NCBI GenBank assembly: GCA_964619725.1
Contig: CAZUFC010000011.1
Location: 1-64,000, forward strand
Source: an uncultured bacterium
GTDB taxonomy: Bacteria; CSSED10-310; CAZUFC01
Reading direction: 5' to 3'
Length of the DNA: 64,000 nucleotides
The stretch's first letter is position 1, and every line of letters starts with the position of its first letter. Below, in pieces: positions 1-8,778 of the stretch. The notes beneath the pieces are model-generated. The model worked only from the letters and a program-made list of their open reading frames with translations. It did not search any database and was not told the DNA's origin. The translations under genes and the position numbers were made by a program.

Positions 1-54
1 GAAGGATTCAAACTGAGAAATTGTAACCCTGACATGGCCATTTTTGATCAGCGC
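1..54 (+). mobile_element. Right end of a TGATCA-terminated MITE-like repeat (family A), cut by the window edge
   Basis: GAAGGATTCAAACTGAGAAATTGTAACCCTGACATGGCCATTTTTGATCAGCGC is near-identical to 21492-21545. Confidence 0.7.
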
Positions 55-598
55 CTCCTTCAGGATCATGAACGCGAACTGCCGGGCATTGATTGAGGAA
101 ACCGCCCCGGGACCAGAAACCGGCATTGAAATATAAAAGCGTTCGCTGTGAAATTCCTCTTGCCGAAAATTCTTTATGTCTCCTTATGAGCGGAAGCGAA
201 TGAGTAAAAGGAACGAACTGCTGCTCCCTTCTGCCGGAACAGGCGCACGTCGCATTGGCGGGACGACTTGATGCCGGCAATTTCAGAACGCGCTTCGCAG
301 GCCTGCTCAATGGTTCGGAAATCAGGCTCAGGCTGTGAAGAACTTCATGCGCTTTGAAACGTTCTCCGTCTTCAAGCAGATTGATCAGGTCCTCAACGTC
401 GCCGCCTGAAGCGCATTTTGTAAAACAGTATCACAATCCCTGACCGTTGATATGGAAGGCTCTGGGATTGTCTCCGTTGTGAATGGGCCAGGGTCCGAAG
501 AAATCGTCATGCTTGGGCGTCAAAGACTCCAAAAGTCCGTAATGTCCCAGAACGGTTTCGACGGATACGGAATTTTTCAACGCTTTAATATCTTTCAT
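55..598 (-). pseudogene. CHC2 zinc-finger DNA primase-like pseudogene (phage/ICE type)
   Basis: Manual translation from ATG 598: MKDIKALKNSVSVETVLGHYG...GPWPIHNGDNPRAFHINGQGL*YCFTKCASGGDVEDLI...RGISQRTL...VRVHDPEG. It has an in-frame TGA at 431-433, Trp in place of the first Zn-ligand Cys (488-490), and is truncated by the repeat at 1-54. Confidence 0.7.
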
Positions 599-610
599 GT
601 CTTCGCCCCC

Positions 611-1082
611 TCATATGCCGGCGCCGTTTATTTCGATAATGCAAGTCCCCTGATCAGAGAAAACGTTTTCATCGACAACTATTCCTCAACGGGCGGCGCT
701 GTTTTTTGTAACGGGATACTCGCCGGCCTTCTACAAATGCACTTTTACCGGCAATTCAGCCGTGCAGGGAGGTGCAGCAGGCTGCTGAACGACCGCACCC
801 CGCTTCAACGAATGTTATTTTACCTGCAATACGGCGAAATCGGGCGGAGCGATATACGGTCATGATACATATATGCCGGCGGTGAATTGCCTTTTCACGG
901 AAAATTATGCCGACAGCGGGGGAGCCTTCTATTGTTTCAACGGCGAGCCGGAATTCAACAACGTCACGTTCTTTCAGAACACCGCAAACGTTACGGGCGG
1001 AGCGATCTGTTCCGAAAAATTGCTGCTCTCATTTCCATCGCGTTTCCTTTCAATGCCGTTCATTCAATCATTTAAAACTTGA
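611..1082 (+). pseudogene. Right-handed beta-helix (GGAI / FxxNxA, Pmp-like repeat) gene fragment
   Basis: Repeats FIDNYSSTGGAVF, FTGNSAVQGGA, FTCNTAKSGGAI, FTENYADSGGAF, FFQNTANVTGGAI lie in two frames, with a frameshift near 715 and an in-frame TGA near 786. Confidence 0.7.
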
Positions 1083-1308
1083 GCTTCCTTCTGCAACCAG
1101 CCAGAGCAAGTATAAGCGCTGCGGTGATTAACTGCAGTTGAGTTTCCTGGTTGAGCGCATCTTTAATGCTCGTCATATGCCTGGACTGATCGTATTCATA
1201 GTAGACTCTATGTGAAAGGTCGATCGGTTTATATGAAACGTTTGAGAGCCAAATGTTTTTTTTACTAAATCTCACTTCCCCGGCAACTCTAATGCCGGCC
1301 TTTGTCAT
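1072..1308 (-). pseudogene. Possible YD/RHS-repeat remnant
   Basis: RVYYEYDQSRHMTSIKDALNQET resembles a single YD repeat unit. Confidence 0.35.
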
Positions 1309-1363
1309 TTTTCAATAAAAACGGCCCTTCGTGAGCAGCGCTCCTGATGCTTACATAAAGTAT

Positions 1364-1392
1364 TTGACAAATGGGATCGACAAATATACATT
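1364..1392 (+). promoter_or_regulatory. Putative sigma70 promoter of the cytochrome gene
   Basis: TTGACA-17 bp-TACATT. Confidence 0.35.
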
Positions 1393-1558
1393 TTTCATGG
1401 ATTAAATTTTTCTTCCGCTGATGGTTGCCCGGCGTTCGAAAATTTAAGCGACGCCGATCAGGGATTATCAAAAAACAGGTACTGTTCATCGGGAATTCTT
1501 TTAATCGGCAGATTCTTCAAATTGCGGAATTTCCGCTAATTCGAAAAAAGGAATTAAA

Positions 1559-2614
1559 ATGAAAAAAACAATACTGATGATTGCCTTCCTGGCCGTTGCC
1601 GCCGGCATTATGTTTTTCCATAATGTCGAATCAGGTGAATTCGATAAGGAAGAATGCATGTTTCTCAGTTCTCTGCATTACACGGCGAGAGGCATGGAAT
1701 ACTGGTATAAAAAAGAGAACGGCGGACTGGAAACTTTAACGGGCATTCCTTATGGGGAACTCACCTGCGGCGACTGTCACGTTAAAAGTTGCGATGACTG
1801 CCATAAAACGGAAAAGAACGGTAAATATCATTATTCGACTGCAGCCGCGCGTAACCCGGAGATATGCCTGAATTGTCACTCTCGTGAAAAACTGCTCATG
1901 AAGATCGATAAAGAGGCCGGTCAACCGGACGTCCATACTGCTGTGGATATGAACTGCATGGATTGCCATTCTGCGAGAGACGTCCACGGCGATGGAATTG
2001 CATATGACTCCATGAAACAGCCGGGAGCCATCGAAACGAAATGCGAAGACTGCCACCCGTCGATTGAGCAGACGAAATCGCATACCATCCATGAAAACAA
2101 ACTGGATTGCAATGCATGCCACGTAAGGCACGTGGTCAGTTGCACCAACTGCCATTTCGACGTTTTCCTGAAAACCGGCAAAAAATTGAAAATACCTGAA
2201 TGGGGCTGGATGTTCCTGATCAATCATGACGATGAAGTCACATCAGCGAATATGCAGACATTCGTTTACGACAGCGACAAGACGTTTTTGATTTTCGCCC
2301 CTCATATGAGTCATTCCATTATGAAAACAGGAAGAGACTGTGAAGAATGCCACGGAACAGAAACGGTAAAACAGGCGATGGAAGGCTCGATTTCGCTGAC
2401 ATGGCGGCAAAACGGCGGGGTAGAAAATCTGAAAGGCGTAATACCGGTAGTTGAAGACGTAAAATATAAATGCGTATATCAGGACCGCCGGGAAGAACAG
2501 TGGGTCCCCATTCAGAATCCCGCTGAACCGCTGATTCAATACCCGGCATACGGTAAACCGCTAACGGAAAGACAACTGAAAAGCCTCAGCAAACCTTATA
2601 AGTCGAGCGAATAG
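1559..2614 (+). CDS. Periplasmic multiheme (octaheme) c-type cytochrome
   Basis: Signal peptide plus 8 CxxCH motifs (CGDCH, CDDCH, CLNCH, CMDCH, CEDCH, CNACH, CTNCH, CEECH). Confidence 0.92.
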   Translation: MKKTILMIAFLAVAAGIMFFHNVESGEFDKEECMFLSSLHYTARGMEYWYKKENGGLETLTGIPYGELTCGDCHVKSCDDCHKTEKNGKYHYSTAAARNPEICLNCHSREKLLMKIDKEAGQPDVHTAVDMNCMDCHSARDVHGDGIAYDSMKQPGAIETKCEDCHPSIEQTKSHTIHENKLDCNACHVRHVVSCTNCHFDVFLKTGKKLKIPEWGWMFLINHDDEVTSANMQTFVYDSDKTFLIFAPHMSHSIMKTGRDCEECHGTETVKQAMEGSISLTWRQNGGVENLKGVIPVVEDVKYKCVYQDRREEQWVPIQNPAEPLIQYPAYGKPLTERQLKSLSKPYKSSE

Positions 2615-2835
2615 GATTCGCAACAAGCGGCGAATTTTTGATGCAAAATCGAAGTGAGAGCGTTCAGACGCCGCAGATTCAATCTCGCGAACCAGGAGAA
2701 GCGGATGACTGCGGAAGCATAGCAGTCCAGCGACGCGGGATTGAGCAAATCATTGGGCAGTTATGGCTTCGTGCTCGTGCTCAGCGAACACAAAAAAAAC
2801 AACGCCCTTACTCAGCTATATAATAACCCATTCTT

Positions 2836-2877
2836 ACTCCCCCTCGCCATTCATGGAGAGGGGGCCGGGGGGTGAGG
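2836..2877 (+). repeat. CCCCTC...GAGAGGGGG-CCGGGGGGTGAGG palindromic repeat unit
   Basis: Hairpin followed by a GGGGTGAGG tail, a common intergenic palindromic repeat type; single copy here. Confidence 0.45.
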
Positions 2878-2910
2878 TCGTCTAACCGGCTTTTATTCAT
2901 GGAAAAAACG

Positions 2911-3051
2911 GGCAATGATCAGAAATGCATCTATTTCGGAAGCCCTTTTTTCATCCGTGCAACCCGCATCAAATTTTTCTCCTTTTCCAGTTTTTGGAAC
3001 TATAATTTGTTCTCGTGTCTCGTCAATTTGTACCCCCATTTGATCAGCGCC
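2911..3051 (+). mobile_element. MITE-like repeat family A copy
   Basis: Ends GGCAATGATCAGAAATGCATCTATT and TGTACCCCCATTTGATCAGCGCC match the ends of the 3661-3809 copy. Confidence 0.55.
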
Positions 3052-3150
3052 AAAAATTATTTGAGATTTTGACCTCAGGCGCTTAAGCTGGTAGAGTTTA
3101 ATCTGAGAAGGTTCGAGTTGCCTTTTCCTGTGGTTAAGAGGTCTATGAAA

Positions 3151-3399
3151 ATGAGTCCGACGGTATTCAAAGAAAAGGGTTATCGATTCTTTTTCTTTTC
3201 CCGTGAAGAGTCAAGGATGCATGTTCACGTGTATTGCGAGGATGGTGAGGCCAAGTTCTGGATGCTCCCTGATATAGAAATGGCCAGAAATTATCGTCTT
3301 ACGGACAGGCAACTTAAAGAAATAGAAAAAATAATTAAGGAGCGCTATGAAGAAATCGAAAACAAATGGGAAAAACACTTTAGAGGTGGAAGTCACTAA
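3151..3399 (+). CDS. DUF4160-family protein (putative TA component)
   Basis: MSPTVFKEKGYRFFFFSREESRMHVHV...EAKFW signature; overlaps the next gene. Confidence 0.85.
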   Translation: MSPTVFKEKGYRFFFFSREESRMHVHVYCEDGEAKFWMLPDIEMARNYRLTDRQLKEIEKIIKERYEEIENKWEKHFRGGSH

Positions 3400-3613
3400 T
3401 ATTTCTATGCACGGAATATGGATATTAACGGGAGAGGAAGAAATATTCATGTCCTTTGAGGATTTTCCGTGGTTCGAGGAGGCTCCTGTAAGAAAGATAC
3501 TTAATGTCGAACGTCCGACGCCTGATCATATTTATTGGCCCGATCTTGATATTGATTTAAGTCTGGAATCGATTCACCATCCCGATCGTTTTCCGCTTAA
3601 ATATAATCCTTGA
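3347..3613 (+). CDS. DUF2442-family protein (putative TA partner)
   Basis: VTNISxHGIW...FxDFPWF...IYWPDLDIDLS signature; typical partner of DUF4160. Confidence 0.85.
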   Translation: MKKSKTNGKNTLEVEVTNISMHGIWILTGEEEIFMSFEDFPWFEEAPVRKILNVERPTPDHIYWPDLDIDLSLESIHHPDRFPLKYNP

Positions 3614-3660
3614 AAATTGAGGAGCGCTCGTCCATAAACTCGGTTACAGATTCAGATTTC

Positions 3661-3809
3661 GGCATTGATCAAAAATGCATCTATTCAGGTTACAAGTTTT
3701 CCGAATATCCCATCATTATGTTTCGATTTCGCTACCGATCCCGACCCCGATTACAGAAACAAACTGTCAAACGTTTTGAAAAAAGTGTAACTTCGGTTTG
3801 ATCAGTCCC
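3661..3809 (+). mobile_element. MITE-like repeat family A copy
   Basis: GGCATTGATCAAAA...TTTGATCAGTCCC termini; reverse-complement homologues at 21119-21261 and 44512-44644. Confidence 0.7.
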
Positions 3810-3850
3810 AGACGTTTTAAATGAGAAAAGCGGATTAGGTCTGTTCGTCA

Positions 3851-4834
3851 CTATCCGGTTTTCTGCAATATGCATATCACTTCCGACTCATTCTGCCGGA
3901 TCAGTAAAGTTTTGAAGGGGAAAAGAAATTCGCGTTTCAGTCTTGAAAACATATCGATTATCTCATAGCGTGTCCAGACGTGAAAATGAATGCTGTATTC
4001 CTGTTTCATCAGTTCATCAGCCCTTTTTTCAATGCCTTTTTCGCCTCTGAATCTTTCCACGAAATATATCCATTCCCGGAAATGCATCAACCGGGATAAT
4101 TCAGGACCGTCCGTAAAATCTTTCCTGATATGATCGAATCCGTGAATGGGCCTGCATCGGTCGAAAGTGAATCGCTTGTCGGGTATTATTATGAAGGCTA
4201 TGCCGCCTTTCTTGAGCGTTCTCAGAAAATTGCCGATCGTAGAGACAGGATTCTCGGTATGTTCCAGGAAATGGGAGGCTATGACGTAGTCCAGGCTTTG
4301 ATCGTCAAAAGCGTAAAGAGTTTCTCCGTTATCCACGACATTCACTTCCACCAGCTCATCAGGATTGATTTCGGGATAATGAGCCTTAAGATCAGCTTCT
4401 GATACACGGTCCACATAGATTGTTTCAGCGCCGGCGTGAACCGGTAAGGGAGAATTCAACGCGCCTATCTCAATTCCTTTTCCTTTAATGAATAGTGAAG
4501 CAAACCGGCGTCTCGTTTCGTATATTTCTTTTTCATTGATCGACATGTTCAGAGACTCCGCGGACAAAGGAAGCGCATGATCTGAATCGTGTAATTTAAT
4601 CTCGATATGTTTGCCTTTGGCATTTTGCCTGAAAATATATTCAAACCCGTGGAATCCGTCCCCCTTGCCGGCCTGCTCTAGATCGGAACGGAAAACATCG
4701 GCGACGAAGGTGTCGTGGAACAGGCCGTCGATAAATACATCGAGTTTAACAGAAGACTCACCGTCATAAATATTATATGCCCATCCCGTGACTGCTTCAG
4801 AGGTGATATTATCGACGTATCCTTCATATAACAT
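3851..4834 (-). CDS. Class I SAM-dependent methyltransferase with N-terminal beta-sandwich domain (likely surface-glycan associated)
   Basis: GIEIGAL, SLDYVIASHFLEH, LKKGG motifs; N-terminal GYVD...GWA...RSDL...GFHGF module. Confidence 0.8.
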   Translation of the reverse strand: MLYEGYVDNITSEAVTGWAYNIYDGESSVKLDVFIDGLFHDTFVADVFRSDLEQAGKGDGFHGFEYIFRQNAKGKHIEIKLHDSDHALPLSAESLNMSINEKEIYETRRRFASLFIKGKGIEIGALNSPLPVHAGAETIYVDRVSEADLKAHYPEINPDELVEVNVVDNGETLYAFDDQSLDYVIASHFLEHTENPVSTIGNFLRTLKKGGIAFIIIPDKRFTFDRCRPIHGFDHIRKDFTDGPELSRLMHFREWIYFVERFRGEKGIEKRADELMKQEYSIHFHVWTRYEIIDMFSRLKREFLFPFKTLLIRQNESEVICILQKTG

Positions 4835-5127
4835 AAGCTTTATTCCTCCTGCAATTCATACGCGCTCAAGCGGTTTATTCATCAACAGCGGACTTTTCTG
4901 CGAAATTTTGTGTCTTCAATTTTTCTCAAAAGGATTATACTCGTGAGGGAATGCACGTCAAGATTTTTCCGGGAGTCAAACTTAGGTTCGGGCGGGAGTA
5001 AGTCTGCCTGGACGGTAGCTGGGCTTCGAAGATGGATCGGGTAGCGGCATAAGATTCAAGTCTTCTTATTCCTTCATCCAGGTTTACGGCGCGGCATAAT
5101 CCTGATCGATTTTGAAAGCTTATCGGA

Positions 5128-5150
5128 AAGCGGCAGGATGCCGCTTCTAC
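5128..5150 (-). repeat. GTAG-type REP element downstream of clpA
   Basis: Minus strand reads GTAG-AAGCGGCATCCTGCCGCTT, i.e. a GTAG tetranucleotide plus hairpin. Confidence 0.55.
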
Positions 5151-5209
5151 TTTCCTTCGTTCTCTTTTGCGGGTTTCTTTGTCGAACAGACGCGCTTCTC
5201 TGCCCTGGT

Positions 5210-7459
5210 TCAACTTTCCTGATTTATCCTGATGTCCAACGCGCCTTTTTTTTCATCCACCAGAACGTGGCCGCCATCCGTCAGTTTGCCGAACAGGGTT
5301 TCTTCGGCCAGGGGTCTTCTGAGTTCATTCTGCATGAGGCGATTGAGCGGTCTGGCGCCGAACAATTCATCATGTCCCTCTTTGGCCAGCCATTTGACGG
5401 CTTTATCAGTTATTTCCAGCGTGATATTTTTCGCTTTAAGCTGTCGCTCCAACTCCGCCGCGAATTTCATCACTATCTTCTCCATTGTTTGCGGCTGGAG
5501 ACTTTCAAAAATGACTATTTCCGTCAATCGATTTCTGAATTCGGGACTGAAAGTTTTTTCAATGGCTCTGATTCCTTTCGTTATATTGACCGATTTCTGG
5601 AATCCTATCCCCCTGGCGCTCATTTCCCTGGCTCCGGCATTGCTGGTCATTATGATGATCACATTATGGAAATCAGCCTCTCTGCCGTTGTTGTCCGTCA
5701 GGGTGGCGTGGTCCATAACCTGGAGCAATATGTCAAACAGGTCTCCATGCGCCTTTTCGATTTCGTCCAGCAATAAAACGGTGTGAGGATTTTTCCTTAT
5801 GGATTCTGTGAGCAATCCGCCCTGATCGTATCCCACATATCCCGGAGGCGCACCGATGAGACGGGAAACGGTATGTTTTTCCATGTATTCGCTCATGTCG
5901 AAGCGCAGGAAATTAATGCCCAGGATGCCGGCGAGCTGTTTAGCCACTTCAGTCTTACCGACTCCGGTCGGGCCGGCGAACAAAAAAGCGCCTACGGGCT
6001 GCTCCGGGTTGCCCAGCCCCGCACGGGAAAGTTTAACCGCGTCAGTAACCACCTTGAGCGCCTTGTCCTGCCCAAAAACGACTTTACTCATCTCTTCTTC
6101 TAACACGGCCAACCGGTCTCGCTCATTTTTTCTGGCTTTCAAATCGGGTATGCCGGCCATTTGCGAAACAGTATCTTCAATATCCTCCCTGGATATGACT
6201 TTCTTCCTCTTTTCCAGTTCTCTCATTCTGTTGGCGGCCCCGGCCTCATCAATAACGTCTATCGCTTTATCAGGAAGATACCGCTCCGAAACATACCTGG
6301 CCGAAAGTTCAGCCGAGCTTGCCAGCGCCTCATCCGTAAACTTCACCTCGTGAAATACTTCGAAACGTTCTTTTAATCCCTTGAGTATCTCCGTCGTATC
6401 CTCGATAGAGGATTCAGCAATATTGATCCTCTGAAATCGTCTGACCAGGGCACGGTCATGCTCCAGGCTTCTCCTGAAGTCTTCATGCGTCGTGGCTCCT
6501 ATACACCGTATCTGTCCCGCCTGAAGAACCGGTTTCAGAAGATTGGCGGCATCCATGGTCGTTCCTGTGGCTGCCCCGGCGCCGACGATCATATGCATCT
6601 CGTCAATAAAAAGTATCGCCTTGTCCAGCTCTTTCAATTCATTCAAAGCGGCTTTCATGCGCTCCTCAAATTGTCCCCTGAATTTCGTGCCGGCCAGTAA
6701 TCCCCCCAAATCGAGAAGAAAAATTTCACTTCCCTGCAGCAAGTCCGGCGCGGCTCCACTCACAATTGCCTGCGCCAGGCCCTCTATTATCGCGGTCTTC
6801 CCTACCCCTGCATCTCCGACCAGAACAGGATTATGTTTCGTGCGACGGCATAATACCTTCATCACGCGGTTCAGCTCGTTTTTCCTTCCGATGAAAGGGT
6901 CCAGCATGCCATTCCGGGCGGCTTCGGTCAGATTAACCGTGAACTTTTTCAACGCTCCCGCCGAAGGCCGCTTCTCCATCTCCTCCGCTTCAAATTCCTC
7001 CCTGCCTTCATCATAAAATTCTCCCGCCCACTCCGGGTCCTCCCCGGAAAGATACTCAACCACCTTCAGTTTCGTTATGCCCTGTTTTTCCAGCATATAC
7101 ACGGCATGGGAATCCTTCTCGCCGAACATCGCAGCTATGACGTCGCCGCTGTCTATCTCTTCCTTGCCGCTCCCCTTTACATGAAAAATCGCCCTCTCCA
7201 GAACTCTCCTGAATCCCATCGTCTGTTTCGCAGAGTGTAAATCAGAGCTGTGAATCCTCGGAACATCGTTCTCCAGAAAATCCTCCAGGTCCTGTTTCAA
7301 CAATTCCATATCCCCACCGCAATTTATAATGATCTCACGCGTTTCGTGGTCGAATAACAACGCATATAAAAGATGCTCCACAGTCACATACTCGTGGCTT
7401 CTTACCTCGGCTTCCCTGATCGCCGTCTCTATAGCGAATTGTAACTCGCTTTGTCCCAT
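5210..7459 (-). CDS. clpA: ATP-dependent Clp protease ATP-binding subunit ClpA
   Basis: Clp N-domain, two AAA+ modules (GDAGVGKT, GPTGVGKT), IGF ClpP-docking loop, no ClpB/C middle domain, follows clpS. Confidence 0.96.
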   Translation of the reverse strand: MGQSELQFAIETAIREAEVRSHEYVTVEHLLYALLFDHETREIIINCGGDMELLKQDLEDFLENDVPRIHSSDLHSAKQTMGFRRVLERAIFHVKGSGKEEIDSGDVIAAMFGEKDSHAVYMLEKQGITKLKVVEYLSGEDPEWAGEFYDEGREEFEAEEMEKRPSAGALKKFTVNLTEAARNGMLDPFIGRKNELNRVMKVLCRRTKHNPVLVGDAGVGKTAIIEGLAQAIVSGAAPDLLQGSEIFLLDLGGLLAGTKFRGQFEERMKAALNELKELDKAILFIDEMHMIVGAGAATGTTMDAANLLKPVLQAGQIRCIGATTHEDFRRSLEHDRALVRRFQRINIAESSIEDTTEILKGLKERFEVFHEVKFTDEALASSAELSARYVSERYLPDKAIDVIDEAGAANRMRELEKRKKVISREDIEDTVSQMAGIPDLKARKNERDRLAVLEEEMSKVVFGQDKALKVVTDAVKLSRAGLGNPEQPVGAFLFAGPTGVGKTEVAKQLAGILGINFLRFDMSEYMEKHTVSRLIGAPPGYVGYDQGGLLTESIRKNPHTVLLLDEIEKAHGDLFDILLQVMDHATLTDNNGREADFHNVIIIMTSNAGAREMSARGIGFQKSVNITKGIRAIEKTFSPEFRNRLTEIVIFESLQPQTMEKIVMKFAAELERQLKAKNITLEITDKAVKWLAKEGHDELFGARPLNRLMQNELRRPLAEETLFGKLTDGGHVLVDEKKGALDIRINQES

Positions 7460-7486
7460 ATTTATCGCCTCGCTTTATTGAAAAAT

Positions 7487-7801
7487 TCAGGCCGGTTCCA
7501 CCGAACACTTCAAAGGATGCCCGTGCTTCTTAGCCTCGGATATCGTCTCCATCACCTTGGTCTCGGCTATGTCCTTCGTGTAAGTCCCGGCGATCGCCTT
7601 TCCCTGATTGTGAACTTTTAGCATTATACGATTCGCCGCCGTCGTCGTATGATGAAAAACAGATTTTAAAATTTTCACTACAAACTCCATCGTCGTATAA
7701 TCGTCATTATAAAGCACGACGTTATAAGGACGAGGTGTTCTGGTCCCGATACGCCGCTCAGTCAGAACTTCTCCCGAAGCATCATGTGCACGATCTTTCA
7801 T
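7487..7801 (-). CDS. clpS: Clp protease adaptor ClpS (N-degron recognin)
   Basis: YNVVLYNDDYTTMEFVV...MLKVHNQG...AETK...HPL. Confidence 0.96.
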   Translation of the reverse strand: MKDRAHDASGEVLTERRIGTRTPRPYNVVLYNDDYTTMEFVVKILKSVFHHTTTAANRIMLKVHNQGKAIAGTYTKDIAETKVMETISEAKKHGHPLKCSVEPA

Positions 7802-7855
7802 CCTGATACCTCAACCATTGTCGATCCTTATTCCCTTATCATATGTCGTCCGCAG

Positions 7856-8335
7856 TTATGCATCAAATTCTAAATCTTCCTGGACCAGTTTATCCAAAAC
7901 CAGTCCATGAAATTGATCGCTTTCCGAACGAAAAAACCATCCCAGGTGAACCCAGCAGTTGGCGCAAAGCTCTATTCTCCACGAATACCCGGGAAACCAG
8001 GGATAGTCCGTATATTCCTTGTAATCGGCAACGCATCCCGATGCAGCGGCGAAACACCCGATTTGAAATACTATTCCATGCGGATTCGCAAACGTATGTT
8101 CATGCGATCCGTTTCTGGATACCTTATTCTTCACATTCGTGATGGGGTGACCGCAGGCCGAACATAAAAGCCTGTCACCCTTGCCGCTTATGTCGTCAGA
8201 CGCTTCTTTCGTCTTCTCCTTCAGATCAACTTTAAACTGCCGGTTCCCCTTCTTCAGCGCCTCGTAGACATCCCCGAAAAAGATAAACCTCAATCCCGGC
8301 GCATCGCTGTTTTCATTTTGTTCCCGGAACAGCAT
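7856..8335 (-). CDS. Cereblon-family (CULT, thalidomide-binding domain) protein
   Basis: CSAC and CANC Zn ligands, FANPHG, WFPGYSW and HLGWFF parallel human cereblon NPHG / WFPGYAW / HIGWKF. Confidence 0.92.
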   Translation of the reverse strand: MLFREQNENSDAPGLRFIFFGDVYEALKKGNRQFKVDLKEKTKEASDDISGKGDRLLCSACGHPITNVKNKVSRNGSHEHTFANPHGIVFQIGCFAAASGCVADYKEYTDYPWFPGYSWRIELCANCWVHLGWFFRSESDQFHGLVLDKLVQEDLEFDA

Positions 8336-8360
8336 CCTTTCAGTGATCCTCCCATGTATA

Positions 8361-8388
8361 AGAATAGCATTATCGCCGATTCAGTCAA
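8361..8388 (-). promoter_or_regulatory. Putative sigma70 promoter of the cereblon-clpS-clpA unit
   Basis: TTGACT-16 bp-TATTCT with an extended -10 TG, then GGGAGG upstream of ATG 8335. Confidence 0.5.
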
Positions 8389-8562
8389 GATTCCCCCATG
8401 AACCGGGGTCCGGGCGATTAATCCCGTTGCATTTAAATTCAGAATCTGAAGGAGAAACAGGAGCATTGATCAAAATACATTTTTTGATGGGTTTGTTTAG
8501 AAAAACATCCCTCAAACTTTCGCTCCTGTCGCACAAGGCGACTGGGGGCGCTAATCATTTAC

Positions 8563-8767
8563 TAGTTTTTGTCCATAAACGGCGAATTTTTCCCCAATAC
8601 TGCATCAGTCTTCGGATTTGCTCAGTCAAAGTATAAGCGCCGCCCCTGCCTCGCGAATCCTTGTCTTAATTGCTTTAAGTTAAATTCGCCCGTTTATGGA
8701 TCAAAAATCCAAGTGGCTGTCCAGCATGAAATTTTGAATCGAGATTCGAGTTTATGGACAGGCACTA
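8563..8767 (+). mobile_element. MITE-like element family B (about 205 bp)
   Basis: Imperfect terminal inverted repeats TAGTTTTTGTCCATAAAC / GTTTATGGACAGGCACTA; homologous to 24461-24664 and 40605-40814. Confidence 0.8.
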
Positions 8768-8778
8768 CTTAACAGGCG

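Noticed and set aside
431-790. Two in-frame TGA codons at plausible Trp positions, suggesting TGA recoding
   Set aside because: Many intact genes here end in TGA (clpA, clpS, xseA, moxR), and both fragments carry other lesions, so this is pseudogene decay
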